Below are positions 31,100-41,626 of a DNA stretch of 49,885 nt, piece after piece. The stretch is from NCBI GenBank assembly GCA_027451365.1, contig DAIDJN010000079.1:1-49885 (forward strand), given 5' to 3'. The notes beneath the pieces were generated by a model. The model ran no database searches. It saw nothing but the letters and a program-made list of their open reading frames with translations, and had not been told where the DNA came from. Position 1 is the stretch's first letter, and each line of letters opens with the position of its first letter. The stretch is from Phycisphaerales bacterium (GTDB lineage: Bacteria; Planctomycetota; Phycisphaerae; WQYP01). The translations under genes were made by a program, and so were the position numbers.

Positions 31100-31220
31100 T
31101 GCGACGAGATCAGGGCCGCAGCCATAGGCGATCCTCTTGGCGGGGATAGGAGATTGCGCCCTTGGCGCGATTCGATCCAACGCATCAGAGCGAGTTGGCG
31201 TTTTGCCCACCGGCACTCAA

Positions 31221-34200
31221 TTAATTTCCGAAGAGATTCTTAATCAGACTCCCGCCGGATTTTTTCAATACATTTCCGATATTTTTTCCAACATTTTTGA
31301 GCGGTTTCCCGCTTAGCTTCAGTTGCGGACTGCTGGTGGTTCCGGTAATAGCCAGCGGAATCGGCACGGTCAATCCCGCGCCCGTGATGCTTACGTCCTG
31401 ATCAATCTGATTGTTCAGTCCAACCCAGCCGGAGAAATCAAGGCCAAAAGAGGTCAGCACCATCTTCATGTGCTGGTAGTAAATTTTGCCCTGCTTAAGA
31501 TTAAAATCCGTCGGTCGGATGCCGCTATCCGCCATTTTCATGTTTCCGGCACCGAGGAACCCCAGCGGTGAAGCCATATTGCTGATCATGCCCAGCAATG
31601 GGGAATTGGAAGTCAGGTGAATCACACTGATTGTGCCAGAGAAGGTCCCGGTTTTCTGCAGCGCGCTGTATTCCAACGGCAGATCAGCGTTTTTGAGTGT
31701 CAGGTTGAATTGCCCCGCCAGCGTCATAAGGCCGGTTCCGTTGGCACCACCGCCCCACGCGATAGGCAGAAATTTCAGCAGTGTCCCGCCCATTGGCGCG
31801 TTGATGTTGATGCCATTGGCCAATTGCAGATCGTTGGCGGTATAGTCAGGAATTGACTTATTCAGATTAATAATACCGCCAAGGTTGAGCGTTCCTTTGT
31901 TGGCAGGAATGGCGCTGTTGGCAATGGCAATCATTCCCTTGCTTTCACTGAATCCGACGGATCCAGGTCCAAGGGTCAGCCCGTCAATGGAAATGGTGTT
32001 AAACTTCAGCGCGGTGGGCGCTATGACCAGATTTCTGACTTTGCGCAGGCCGCTGTCAGGTGTCAGACTGCCTGTAATGGCCAGAACCATGGAATGTTTG
32101 CCGGTCATCATAAGGCCCGCAGGCAAAAACGGACCGAGCAGTGAATTAAGACGCGCCAGATCGTAATTGACAGTCAGTTGCAGATTTTCAGGCTGCTTAT
32201 CGGACCAGCAGGCGACATTTTTATCGGCAAGTTCGACGGAGTCCGAACCGCTTCCGGAAACTGCGGTTTCAGAAATCACGCAGTCCTGCGTGGCCGTAAA
32301 CGTGTCGGCATCAAGGTCGGCGACGCCGCCAATGGCCGCTGCAATGTTGGTTGCCGGCAGGGCCGAAGTATTGCCTTTGGTGGCAAGTTGGTAACCAGCA
32401 ACTTTGGCCTGAAGGTGAAGTGTGATGTCCCGGCCCGCGGTGGCAATCGCACTTTGCAGTGAAAGTTTGCCGGCCAGCGTTTTATCTGTCGGCAGACGGC
32501 CAACGGCAACCAGCAGCGGACGCAGCTTGGTCAGATCAGCGGTCAAATTTAAACCCGGACAATCCACCGTCGGAGCCATCCCCGCAGCCAGGTTAATGGT
32601 GACCGGCTTGCTTATGGCAAGGTCGGCCGCATGGTCAGTTGTGGACAATAGCAGACTTTGCACGTCAACGTGTGTGCTTGCACCCATGATGAGTGACGCG
32701 CTGGTATCCAGACTAGCCTGGCGCAGAGTAAAAACACCCGATTGAACGGCTGGACCGACACCGGCCACTTTCAGATTGGCTGCCACAAGATGGCAGAGCG
32801 AAATTGTGACTTTGCCCGGTGCCCAAGCGGCGTTGATTTTCGAGCCAGCAAGATTCCCGGCGATGCTATATTTTTTTAAACTCGGACTGAATTGTGCCGC
32901 AAGTTGTTCCAGTGCTGCCAAAGACCCATTTTTAATTGCAATTCGGGCAACTGGAACAGTCCAGCCACTCCCGTGCGGGTTGGAGGCTTGAATCCGACCG
33001 TTGAAATTTATCTCCGGTGTGGCCATCACCAGACGCGAATCGATTGCGGAAATGCCGGTGGCGGATTTTGCCACCGCACCCGTCGCGGAAAGATCAAGCG
33101 ATGTTTCTGAAGCTTCCGCCGCCGCTGCGCTGGATTTGAAATGAAACGCAGTCAGATGTAGCGATGTGTCATATAAAATGTTGCTGGTAAAAGCATGTTG
33201 GACGGCCAAACTGATTTTTAACGTTCCGTTAGTGGAAAGGCCATGCAAATTCACCAGTTCGCCGGCTTGGGCGGCCAAGGCGGAGAGTTTCAACATTACG
33301 GTGGCGTTAAACGCGCCTGGGCGGCCCTTCAGCCGCTGAACTTGAATGGCGATATTCGGTTCAGTGCGAGTCGCGCCCTGAATCAGTCGGATGTGATCCG
33401 CATTCCATTTGTTTTCCGTGCGGTCCGCCAGAGCGGTAAGCTCAAGGGGTGCAATTTGGAATTTCCGATCCTGAATTCTGCCCGCCAGGTCGGAAACCCC
33501 CAAATTAGCTGAAACACTGGAATTGTTTCCTTGGCTGGTGAGGCTGGCCGTCAGGTGGATGGACCCGGTTTTCAGATGCAGACCTTTGCCATTGAGTTTC
33601 AACATGTGGGGCAAATTTGCCGCGATAAGTGGCGCGTTGAGTGTCATTTGTGTTTGCAGTCCGGTCGTGCCCCAATTTGTGCTGCCAGATCGTATGGCAT
33701 CAATCGCTTTCAGCGTTGTATGGCCCTTGGCACTGAAACGAAAGGGGGCTGCGGTGATTGAAAAGTTACGCACGTTCAATTTTCCAGCCGCCAGCGCGCC
33801 GTCCATTGCCACGGTGCAGGTGCCGAGTTGCGGGCTGTCACCATGCAGCAGGGATCCACCCAGAGAGAGTTGTTTCACCACCAGGTTGCCAGCCAGGGTA
33901 CCTTCGCCTGGTTTGGTTATTGTGGCCAGAATCTTGCCATGCAGTACGCCATCCACGGTGATCGGCGCGTTGACGCGGCGTAATATTTCACGGAAATATG
34001 CAAATTGGCGGGCCTTGACTTCGACAGTGCCGGTCATTGCCGCAATTGGAAGCAGTGACCTGTTCTTTAATGCATGAATGTTCGCGGTTATGGCGAGCAT
34101 CGCGGGCAGTCCGCGGCCATGGGTGACGGTCATATCCACTGCCGCGGTAAGGGGCTTGCCCATTGTGTCAAAGCCAATATTCGCCCCAACACTTAAAACA

Positions 34201-35627
34201 TGCGGACGTTTATGACCGGCCGCGACAAGGGTCAGCGGCGAGAGCTGGAATGTTACTGTGCCATCGGCTGCCGGCAATCTGGCGGATTGACCGTTCGGAC
34301 CAGATGGTGTGGTGCCGCTTTGGAGCGGGCCTCGCAGCGTGACGTTGGCGGCGAACGACGTCTGACCGCCACTGACGTTCATACCCGCTGGAATCTGGCA
34401 CGTATGACGCAACTCGGTCATGATTTTTGCCAGCGGTGCCGCAGCGGTAACTTTTAACGACGCGCCGCCGACTTTTTCGGTGGTGGATTGACTCGGGAGT
34501 ATTGCTCCGATCTCTCCACCACCGGTTACCGCCAGATTTCCCATATCGGAAGTCAAGCCAAGTTGCTGAATGTGGAAGGCGGTCTGGTCCCAGGTAAAAT
34601 CAACAGGCAGTTGAACATGGCCGAGATTGGCGCGATCCCCTTTTAATGCCGCCCCAGCAAGCATGCAGTGGTCGATGGTCAGATTCCCATGAATCTTTCC
34701 TGCCATGCCGGAAAGCGATGCATACGCCAGCGTCAGATTCAAATCACCCGTCGGGCTGATTTTAATGCCCGCAGAGTCCAGCACTGGTTGCAGGGCGGCC
34801 AAGTCGAGTCCAAAGACCGCCAGATTGGTTTGACCACTGATCTTATTAATCGGCCGCATCCGCCGATTCGCGAAAAGATACAACGCGGCATCCGCAGTAA
34901 TTTTAGCGGATGGTTTACCCGCCAGACCAACCCGCGTGGCGAATGTTATTTTGACCGGCTGATGATTTTTCTTCAGATTCAGTGCCAGTGTCATAAGGGT
35001 GTCTTCAGCTTGCACCTGTGGCCCGGCGGGAGACCGAAAGGTCAGGTGATTGATTGCAGCCGTTAAATTCAATTCAATGGCTGGAAGTTGCGAACCGGCG
35101 GCTTGCGGCGCGGGCGAACCTGCCGGTGCTGTTGCGGTGGCAGGCGTTGCGGCCGTCGCAGGCGTTGCGGCCGTCGCAGGCGTCCGACTGGCAAAAGCCT
35201 GGGCCAAATTTAATCCGGCGGCACTTTGCCCAAGTGTGGCGTTCTGAACCGTGAGCTTGACTGTGCCAAGATTTTTCCAGTTGGCAGCCAGGTGGATCAG
35301 GCTTAGCCCCGTTTTCACATTGACTCCGGTCAGAACCACGTTGCCCGCCGGATCGCGAACCGTCAGGCCCTGAATTCCGGCAGGACTAAACCAGCCCAGG
35401 GACAATTGACCTATGGTGACATTCCCGCGAATTCGGCTGTTGATCTCCGATTGAATGATGGCCACGCCCGGTCCGGTACACAGGAGGCTTGGCAAGGCAA
35501 GCAGCAGGAGGATCAGCAGGATAAAAACGCCGCCCAAAATTAGCGGCCAGCGCCGCCGCCGGGACGAGGAAGATTTCGGCGCTAAAGGGGCCGTGCCGCC
35601 GGAATTGGTGCTGGTGATATTCGACAT
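31221..35627 (-). CDS. AsmA/TamB-like large periplasm-spanning beta-rich protein
   Basis: 1468 aa; N-terminal RRRR plus TM anchor; GNVTIGQLSLGWFSPAGIQGLTVRDPAG; alternating beta pattern throughout; AsmA_2-like C-terminus (FSGWVGLNNQID...IPLAITGTTSSPQL). Confidence 0.75.
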   Translation of the reverse strand: MSNITSTNSGGTAPLAPKSSSSRRRRWPLILGGVFILLILLLLALPSLLCTGPGVAIIQSEINSRIRGNVTIGQLSLGWFSPAGIQGLTVRDPAGNVVLTGVNVKTGLSLIHLAANWKNLGTVKLTVQNATLGQSAAGLNLAQAFASRTPATAATPATAATPATATAPAGSPAPQAAGSQLPAIELNLTAAINHLTFRSPAGPQVQAEDTLMTLALNLKKNHQPVKITFATRVGLAGKPSAKITADAALYLFANRRMRPINKISGQTNLAVFGLDLAALQPVLDSAGIKISPTGDLNLTLAYASLSGMAGKIHGNLTIDHCMLAGAALKGDRANLGHVQLPVDFTWDQTAFHIQQLGLTSDMGNLAVTGGGEIGAILPSQSTTEKVGGASLKVTAAAPLAKIMTELRHTCQIPAGMNVSGGQTSFAANVTLRGPLQSGTTPSGPNGQSARLPAADGTVTFQLSPLTLVAAGHKRPHVLSVGANIGFDTMGKPLTAAVDMTVTHGRGLPAMLAITANIHALKNRSLLPIAAMTGTVEVKARQFAYFREILRRVNAPITVDGVLHGKILATITKPGEGTLAGNLVVKQLSLGGSLLHGDSPQLGTCTVAMDGALAAGKLNVRNFSITAAPFRFSAKGHTTLKAIDAIRSGSTNWGTTGLQTQMTLNAPLIAANLPHMLKLNGKGLHLKTGSIHLTASLTSQGNNSSVSANLGVSDLAGRIQDRKFQIAPLELTALADRTENKWNADHIRLIQGATRTEPNIAIQVQRLKGRPGAFNATVMLKLSALAAQAGELVNLHGLSTNGTLKISLAVQHAFTSNILYDTSLHLTAFHFKSSAAAAEASETSLDLSATGAVAKSATGISAIDSRLVMATPEINFNGRIQASNPHGSGWTVPVARIAIKNGSLAALEQLAAQFSPSLKKYSIAGNLAGSKINAAWAPGKVTISLCHLVAANLKVAGVGPAVQSGVFTLRQASLDTSASLIMGASTHVDVQSLLLSTTDHAADLAISKPVTINLAAGMAPTVDCPGLNLTADLTKLRPLLVAVGRLPTDKTLAGKLSLQSAIATAGRDITLHLQAKVAGYQLATKGNTSALPATNIAAAIGGVADLDADTFTATQDCVISETAVSGSGSDSVELADKNVACWSDKQPENLQLTVNYDLARLNSLLGPFLPAGLMMTGKHSMVLAITGSLTPDSGLRKVRNLVIAPTALKFNTISIDGLTLGPGSVGFSESKGMIAIANSAIPANKGTLNLGGIINLNKSIPDYTANDLQLANGININAPMGGTLLKFLPIAWGGGANGTGLMTLAGQFNLTLKNADLPLEYSALQKTGTFSGTISVIHLTSNSPLLGMISNMASPLGFLGAGNMKMADSGIRPTDFNLKQGKIYYQHMKMVLTSFGLDFSGWVGLNNQIDQDVSITGAGLTVPIPLAITGTTSSPQLKLSGKPLKNVGKNIGNVLKKSGGSLIKNLFGN
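35140..35183 (-). repeat. 18-bp in-frame tandem repeat encoding (TPATAA)n linker
   Basis: GCAGGCGTTGCGGCCGTC occurs twice exactly (35140-35175), plus a partial third copy. Confidence 0.85.
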
Positions 35628-35850
35628 CTTTCAGGCTCCGTTGGGTAAAAAGAAGACCACAAGGTCATCTGCCGGTGTGCGGTGGCCGCCGGGCCTAGTC
35701 TTACATAGATGGCCTTGGTAACCGCAGTAGTATCTTGCCTATCAGTATACGCACTTATTGGGGCTTGCAAGAGGCCTTGGGTGGATACTATGATGAAGGA
35801 AAGCTCGCAAATGTTTCAAATATTTGTGAAAGCAGAGGAAATCGTTCATC

Positions 35851-37215
35851 ATGCCGACAGAAACTTCACCCGCTGGTTCGCCCATTCCTATTCCTGCGCC
35901 CGCAGGTAAGCGCTATCGTCCGAGTTTTGACATCAATGCGGTGGTTGCGGGTCAGATACGTCTGACCGATACGCAGTTCCTGGAACTTTACCATCATGCG
36001 GACCTTACGGACCTGGGGCGTTGGGCGTTTGGCGTTGTCCAGCGGTTGCATCCAGAGGACTACCGCACCTATGTCATAGACCGCAATATTAATTACACGA
36101 ATATCTGTACCGCCCGTTGCACCTTTTGTGCTTTTAAGCGCAATGATCCAAAGGCCGCGGACGCTTACACACTTGGTTACGATGAAATTTATCAGAAAAT
36201 TGCGGAACTCACCGCCATTGGCGGAACGCAGATTCTGATGCAGGGCGGCATGAACCCGGATCTGCCGATCGAATATTATGAGAATTTATTGCGTGGAATT
36301 CGGGAAAAATTCCCCAATGTTCACATACATGCCTTCAGCCCGCCCGAGTTTGTGGAATTTTCACGATTTTTCAAACTGCCGGTGGCGGAAATTCTAAGGC
36401 GTTTTAAAGATTGCGGACTGGCAACGGTTCCCGGTGGCGGCGGGGAAATTTTTTCCGATCGTGTGCGGTCACGTATTGGCCCGGGCAAATGCACCGGCGA
36501 AGCGTGGCTGGACGTGATGTCCGAAGCGCATAAGCTGGGTATGGCCACAAGTGCCACCATGCTAATCGGCCATATAGAAACCATTGATGACCGCCTGGAT
36601 CATTTATCGCGCATTCGCCTGCGTCAGGATTGGGCGCTGGCCAACGCACCGGCAAGCTATACGGCGTTTATTCATTGGACTTATCAGCCCGATAACACAC
36701 CGCTGGATCGCAAACGCAAATGGAACCCGGATGCGGGCGTTCCCTTTGAATTTGATGACGGACGTACCGTTCGACTGGCAGACGCCAATGAATACCTGCG
36801 TATGCTGGCGCTGGCGCGGCTGTATCTGGATAACATTTTGAATCTGCAAAGCAGTTGGGTAACCATGGGGCCGAAAATAGGTCAGTTGGCGCTGTTTTTT
36901 GGTGCCAACGACATGGGCAGCGTGATGATGGAAGAAAACGTGGTCAGCAGTGCGGGCACCACCTATAAACTCTCCGAAGAAATGATCTGCCGCCTGATTC
37001 GCGACAGCGGCTGGATTCCCGCCCAGCGAAACCAGTATTATCAGGTTCTGGCCCGGCATGACGGGCCAACTTCCCCGGATATCAAGCCGGCCGTTCCCGG
37101 CACCTTTGCGCGGCGGCAGCATCAGATAACCCCGGCAGAAGCCGCTGTCTATAAAAATCTGCAGCTCACTATTTCGGCAAAGCCCCGCCCGGTGGCGCTG
37201 GAAAATGGCGCGTGA
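35851..37215 (+). CDS. mqnC: Cyclic dehypoxanthinyl futalosine synthase (radical SAM, menaquinone futalosine pathway)
   Basis: TYVIDRNINYTNICTARCTFCAF (CxxxCxxC), QILMQGG, HIHAFSPPE, PGGGGEIF, NLQSSWVTMGPKIGQLALFFGANDMGSVMMEENVV. Confidence 0.88.
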   Translation: MPTETSPAGSPIPIPAPAGKRYRPSFDINAVVAGQIRLTDTQFLELYHHADLTDLGRWAFGVVQRLHPEDYRTYVIDRNINYTNICTARCTFCAFKRNDPKAADAYTLGYDEIYQKIAELTAIGGTQILMQGGMNPDLPIEYYENLLRGIREKFPNVHIHAFSPPEFVEFSRFFKLPVAEILRRFKDCGLATVPGGGGEIFSDRVRSRIGPGKCTGEAWLDVMSEAHKLGMATSATMLIGHIETIDDRLDHLSRIRLRQDWALANAPASYTAFIHWTYQPDNTPLDRKRKWNPDAGVPFEFDDGRTVRLADANEYLRMLALARLYLDNILNLQSSWVTMGPKIGQLALFFGANDMGSVMMEENVVSSAGTTYKLSEEMICRLIRDSGWIPAQRNQYYQVLARHDGPTSPDIKPAVPGTFARRQHQITPAEAAVYKNLQLTISAKPRPVALENGA

Positions 37216-37382
37216 CTAATCAAGCCATGACCGGGATGCTCGATTTATGCGGGTTTTGGGGATTTCCGTATTGAATTGTCGGGAACAGAGGCGGTTGCCC
37301 GGATGCGGAATTTCTGGATAGAATGAAGTGAATCAGGCGTCTAGTCCGCTGGTTTGGCACTGATCGTTTTGGAGTCCGCTGC

Positions 37383-37715
37383 TTGGCCGATACACATACG
37401 ATAATCGAGATTTTCGCCGCATGTGTGGGACTGATTCTGCTGGCGATAATCGGCTGGGTAATCACGATGCGCGTGCGCAAGTCATTTATGGGCGGCAATG
37501 AATCGAATGAGGGTGTCGGATTTTCACTTATCGACCTTGAAAAAATGTACCTAAACGGCGAATTGACGGAGGCGGAATTCAAAAATATTAAGCGAAAGAG
37601 GGCACTAAGGGCGGCGGGTTATACGGAAGATATTCCGCCGCCGCGCATTTCCAAACCGCCGGAAGCCCCGAAGGAGCCGCCCTCTGGTCCGCCTCCGATT
37701 CCACCTCTGTCCTGA
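37383..37715 (+). CDS. Small membrane protein with a SHOCT domain and Pro-rich tail
   Basis: One TM, then FSLIDLEKMYLNGELTEAEFKNIKR (SHOCT pattern); TTG start preceded by GGAG. Confidence 0.7.
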   Translation: MADTHTIIEIFAACVGLILLAIIGWVITMRVRKSFMGGNESNEGVGFSLIDLEKMYLNGELTEAEFKNIKRKRALRAAGYTEDIPPPRISKPPEAPKEPPSGPPPIPPLS

Positions 37716-37943
37716 ACCGGCCATTGCCATGCCCAACTCACCACGGTGCTGCGCATTTCCCAGACTTGGGTGGTTATCTGTGGCCTGGGCAATTTTAAAA
37801 AGGTTTCCCGGCACAGATGATTGGCCTTGGCATAACAGCGGTTTTAAGCTTTCTCGTCTGACAGTTTTCGGGCAAGCGCGCGGCCTTTGGGCAGCCTTTT
37901 CCCGCTCGTTTGCCCAACTCAATTTCTTTTGGATTCAAAATCG

Positions 37944-38894
37944 TTAGGGTCCATGGGGAGCATTGGTTTTGACTGATGTGGTGACTGGCCGCACATTGCC
38001 GTCCAATGGACTGATCATGCCACCAGGTGGAAATCGGCGTTCTAGTCGAATATCCGCGGCAAAAAATTCCGGACGCTGTTCAGGCAGTGGGGCCAGTCGA
38101 CGCATGGCGCTGGTGGCAATGAACTCGGTGATCCAGTTTGGTTCGCTGGTAGCCGCGACTGGGTTTGGTTTAGCGTTGGCGGGTGCAATGGCATGGGGCG
38201 CGTCTGATGTGGATGCGGGCATCGGTAACAGTGTGCAGCGAAGCGCTCCGCCGGTCGGGTTTTCGCCACTGAGTGGTGATGCCGGCTCTACGGAATAAAC
38301 TACCCGGACAGAATGCATGGCCCCGGCTGCTTCCAGGGCGACAAACGCATCGCGAATCTGGCCGACGGCGGCGTCGTCGGCGGCAGTGCGGTTCACCAGA
38401 ACACAAAGCATTTCCGCAAGCCCGCGCGCTGCGGCCCGAAGATTTTTGATGTCAATTAGAAATTCGCCATTGGGTGGCCGTTGAATTGTCTGTTGCCGCC
38501 AGCGGGCGGCCTCTTCAATCTGGCGAGCCACATTGCGCGGTTCAAACGGTTTGCCCATTTGTGCCCATGCTCCGGCCCGCCAGCCTTCACCGGCACGTTC
38601 ATCGCGGCACATACAACTGAGAATCAGTATTGGAATATCACAGGTAGATCGGGAAGCTTTAAGTTTCCGACAGACTTCATAACCGTCAATGCCGGGCATC
38701 ATCAGATCCAGTACCACTACATCCGGGTGCAGGTTGCGCGCCAGCGTAAGTCCCTCTTCCCCGGAAAACGCCTGCCGGCAGACAAATTTATCTAACGCCA
38801 GATGGGAAAAAACCAGATCGTTAAGGTCCACATCATCTTCAATGATCAGCACGTTCACGGACATGTCGCCTCTATCCACCAATGCCATTCCCAT
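37944..38894 (-). CDS. Response regulator (REC domain) with a divergent C-terminal domain
   Basis: VLIIEDD, PDVVVLDLMMPGIDGYEVCRKLK, IPILILS, KPF. Start may be ATG 38864. Confidence 0.85.
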   Translation of the reverse strand: MGMALVDRGDMSVNVLIIEDDVDLNDLVFSHLALDKFVCRQAFSGEEGLTLARNLHPDVVVLDLMMPGIDGYEVCRKLKASRSTCDIPILILSCMCRDERAGEGWRAGAWAQMGKPFEPRNVARQIEEAARWRQQTIQRPPNGEFLIDIKNLRAAARGLAEMLCVLVNRTAADDAAVGQIRDAFVALEAAGAMHSVRVVYSVEPASPLSGENPTGGALRCTLLPMPASTSDAPHAIAPANAKPNPVAATSEPNWITEFIATSAMRRLAPLPEQRPEFFAADIRLERRFPPGGMISPLDGNVRPVTTSVKTNAPHGP

Positions 38895-39195
38895 TCCCGG
38901 CCGCAGTTTTATTGGTCGGACCGCCCTTTTTTTCAGCGAAGCCTCGGGACGCCAACCCGTTTAACGTCCTTTATTATCATCGGTCATTAGCCCGGTGATT
39001 GAAAAGGAATCGCGTCGCCTTGGGCATTATATGGGCAATCCGACAAATAACTCAAGAAATTTCGCACGGTTTGGTCAATATTTTGCTAATTGCGAAGCGA
39101 AGGGCTTGTCTTTTGTAACAATGTGGTAAAATACGTTGCTTCATCCCGTCCTGCCTGTGGGTCTTAACGGCGGCCGGTGCCATGCGGAGTGATTT

Positions 39196-39675
39196 ATGTC
39201 TGGTAAACCTTCCATTCCCCTTCCGAGTGCCGGTGAGTTGAAACGTGCAATGAGTATTTATTTGGCGCTGGCCTATCCGTCCGGGAATCTGCCGGAAGTG
39301 GTTCGTCAAAGGCAGAAGCCGGTCCTTGCCGCACCGGATGAAATGCCGATCATGCCCGAATGGTTTGAGGTAAGCCAATGCGATGAGGGCGCGATGTATC
39401 GGCTACGTCTGGGACAGGAAAAATATCCGCACATGAAAATTTCTCTGATGCCATCACCCGATGGCACCGGATACCTTTACTTTGCCGATGCACATGACAG
39501 CCACCTGCACGCCCCGACGGATTCGCCGGATTACCCGCTTCTGGTTTCGTTGCGAAAATCGAATTCAGCACTCGCCTCCGCCATTGAGAAGGCCTGGACT
39601 GCCGAAGGCCTGCCGACTTTTCTGGGATTTTTGCGCAATTCATTAAATGCGCGGCGCGGCTGTGACACGGCCTGA
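39196..39675 (+). CDS. Hypothetical protein
   Basis: 159-aa ORF with GGAG RBS and protein-like composition (YRLRLGQEKYPHMKISL...FADAHD...IEKAWTAEGLPTF); divergent from the response regulator. Confidence 0.7.
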   Translation: MSGKPSIPLPSAGELKRAMSIYLALAYPSGNLPEVVRQRQKPVLAAPDEMPIMPEWFEVSQCDEGAMYRLRLGQEKYPHMKISLMPSPDGTGYLYFADAHDSHLHAPTDSPDYPLLVSLRKSNSALASAIEKAWTAEGLPTFLGFLRNSLNARRGCDTA

Positions 39676-40696
39676 CCCTGCCAGATGGAATGCCACGGCT
39701 AAATCAGGAAAATGGCCGGTAATTAACGCTGGTAGAAGACGGCCGGTCCACATTGCGGGATTTGACACTTGAGACCTGCTTGACGACAAGCGCATTTGCG
39801 TCCGCGTTTTGAAGAATAAATTGCACCCCGCCGCCACTGCGAACAATATCTGCCATCCCTGGCTGCGTAAAGCGGATTCCCGCCGCCGTGCTTTGCAAAG
39901 CGCGGACTATCCTCATGACTTTAAATTCGCGGAAACGAGATACTGGAAAACTGGTTCCGGTTTGCAGCGGCGAAACCCCCGGCTTTGTAAAGAAAATAAA
40001 TGGCTTCCTGAAGGTCGGAAAGTGATCTTTCAAATCACAATTTGAAGGGCGTTTCATAGCCTCGTCAGGTTGCCATTCATGACGCGAAAGCAGCGTACTG
40101 GGCTTTAATGTGGTGACAATAACCGTTGAAGGAGTGTAAACATTATCATAAAAGTGACAAGCGTAAGATTTCAGCGTTTGCTCTGGTCTGAACATTACAT
40201 ATGCTGATCAAGGCAGGGGCTAAGTAGGTCCGGTCCGCGTGTCTGGCCAGCCCGTCAATCACGCGTCGGTGAACTGTAAGCGAAGACTGGTCAGATAGAA
40301 TCGCGTCTTGCGGTATAGATTGTGGGTTTGTAAAAATGCCGCACAGACTGCGTGGAATATTTCGCCTTATTGCCGGGGGTTGCGATTCCTTCCTGCATTG
40401 ACTGTGTAACAGGCTTCATTTCGGCTATTGCCGTCCGGGCCATCCGGTGTTTTTCACTGCCGCCGGGACACATCGCCGCGCCGATCAGAGGTGGCCAGCA
40501 TGCCGGCCGTATTCCGAAAGCCAAGGGCGGCCAATTTGCCTATACAGGCATTTATTCGTACAAAATTTGTAGTCATAGTCATAACCCTGCGGCGCACTTT
40601 CAATTTTAACCGTTTGCCCGCACAATACGCTTGCAAAATCAATCGCGGGATTTGTCCGATGTGGCGGGGTGCCGTTGCGTCTTTCGAAGGCGGTAT

Positions 40697-41626
40697 ATGT
40701 CTGGCCCTGATGTTCCAGTACTGTTTGAGCTTGCCGGGGTGACCAAAACCTACGGCAGTGTAACCGCCTTGGATAATCTTTCCATTCGCGTGCCGCCGGG
40801 CGCAACTGGCCTGCTTGGCCCCAACGGATCGGGCAAAACCACCATGATCCGCACACTGCTAGGCCTTATTCGACCGGACAAAGGCGGCGGAACAGTGTTC
40901 GGCATGGATATTCTGCGCCGCCAACTCGATATTCGCCGCCAGATCGGATTCTCGCCGGAAGATGAGTGTTTGTTTCCCGGAGTACAGGGAATTGAATTTG
41001 TGGCGTATGCCGGGGAACTTGTTGGTATGCCCTCCACCGATGCCATGCAGCGCGCCCATGAAGTGCTGGACTACGCCGGGTTAGGTGAGGTGCGCTACCG
41101 CAAAGTTGAGTCCTATTCCTCCGGCATGAAACAGAGGCTTAAACTTGCGGCGGCAATCGTGCATGACCCTAAACTGCTGATTCTGGATGAGCCGACCAAC
41201 GGCATGGATCCCGCCGGTCGAGAAGACATGCTGCGACTGGCCTGTGATCTGGCTAATAACAAAGGTATGAGCGTGCTGTTTTCCAGCCATCTTTTGCCGG
41301 ATGTGGAAGCTGTTTGCGGGCATATAGTGGTGCTGGCCGGCGGCCGGCTGCTGGTGCAGGGGGGTATTCGCGAACTAAAACAGGCACATGCCGGCAGTTT
41401 TGAATTGCGGCTCAAATCCGAGGATGAAGATTTCGCTCGGCGCATTTCCGGCCTGGGCTGTGACGTGCAAATACGCGGCGATATGCTGCTGGTAAAGATT
41501 CCGCCGGGGCAAACCGCTGCGCTTTTGTGGCGGCAGGCCGCCGCGGCCAACTATCAGATTCGACATTTGCGGCCGCAGCGCAGCACGCTGGAAGAAGTGT
41601 TCCTGAAAGCCGTGGAGCAAACCTGA
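40697..41626 (+). CDS. ABC transporter ATP-binding protein (ABC-2/exporter type)
   Basis: Walker A GPNGSGKTT, signature YSSGMKQR, Walker B LLILDEP, H-loop SSH. Confidence 0.93.
   Translation: MSGPDVPVLFELAGVTKTYGSVTALDNLSIRVPPGATGLLGPNGSGKTTMIRTLLGLIRPDKGGGTVFGMDILRRQLDIRRQIGFSPEDECLFPGVQGIEFVAYAGELVGMPSTDAMQRAHEVLDYAGLGEVRYRKVESYSSGMKQRLKLAAAIVHDPKLLILDEPTNGMDPAGREDMLRLACDLANNKGMSVLFSSHLLPDVEAVCGHIVVLAGGRLLVQGGIRELKQAHAGSFELRLKSEDEDFARRISGLGCDVQIRGDMLLVKIPPGQTAALLWRQAAAANYQIRHLRPQRSTLEEVFLKAVEQT

Noticed and set aside
35851..37215. Alternative call as CofH or MqnE
   Set aside because: The YVIDRNINYTN and QSSWVTMG...GANDMGSVMMEENVV motifs fit MqnC better, and there are no F420 genes nearby.
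39704..40195. 163-aa minus-strand ORF and other short ORFs in the 39.7-40.6 kb gap
   Set aside because: No motifs, no clear RBS and mutually overlapping; cannot be supported as genes.
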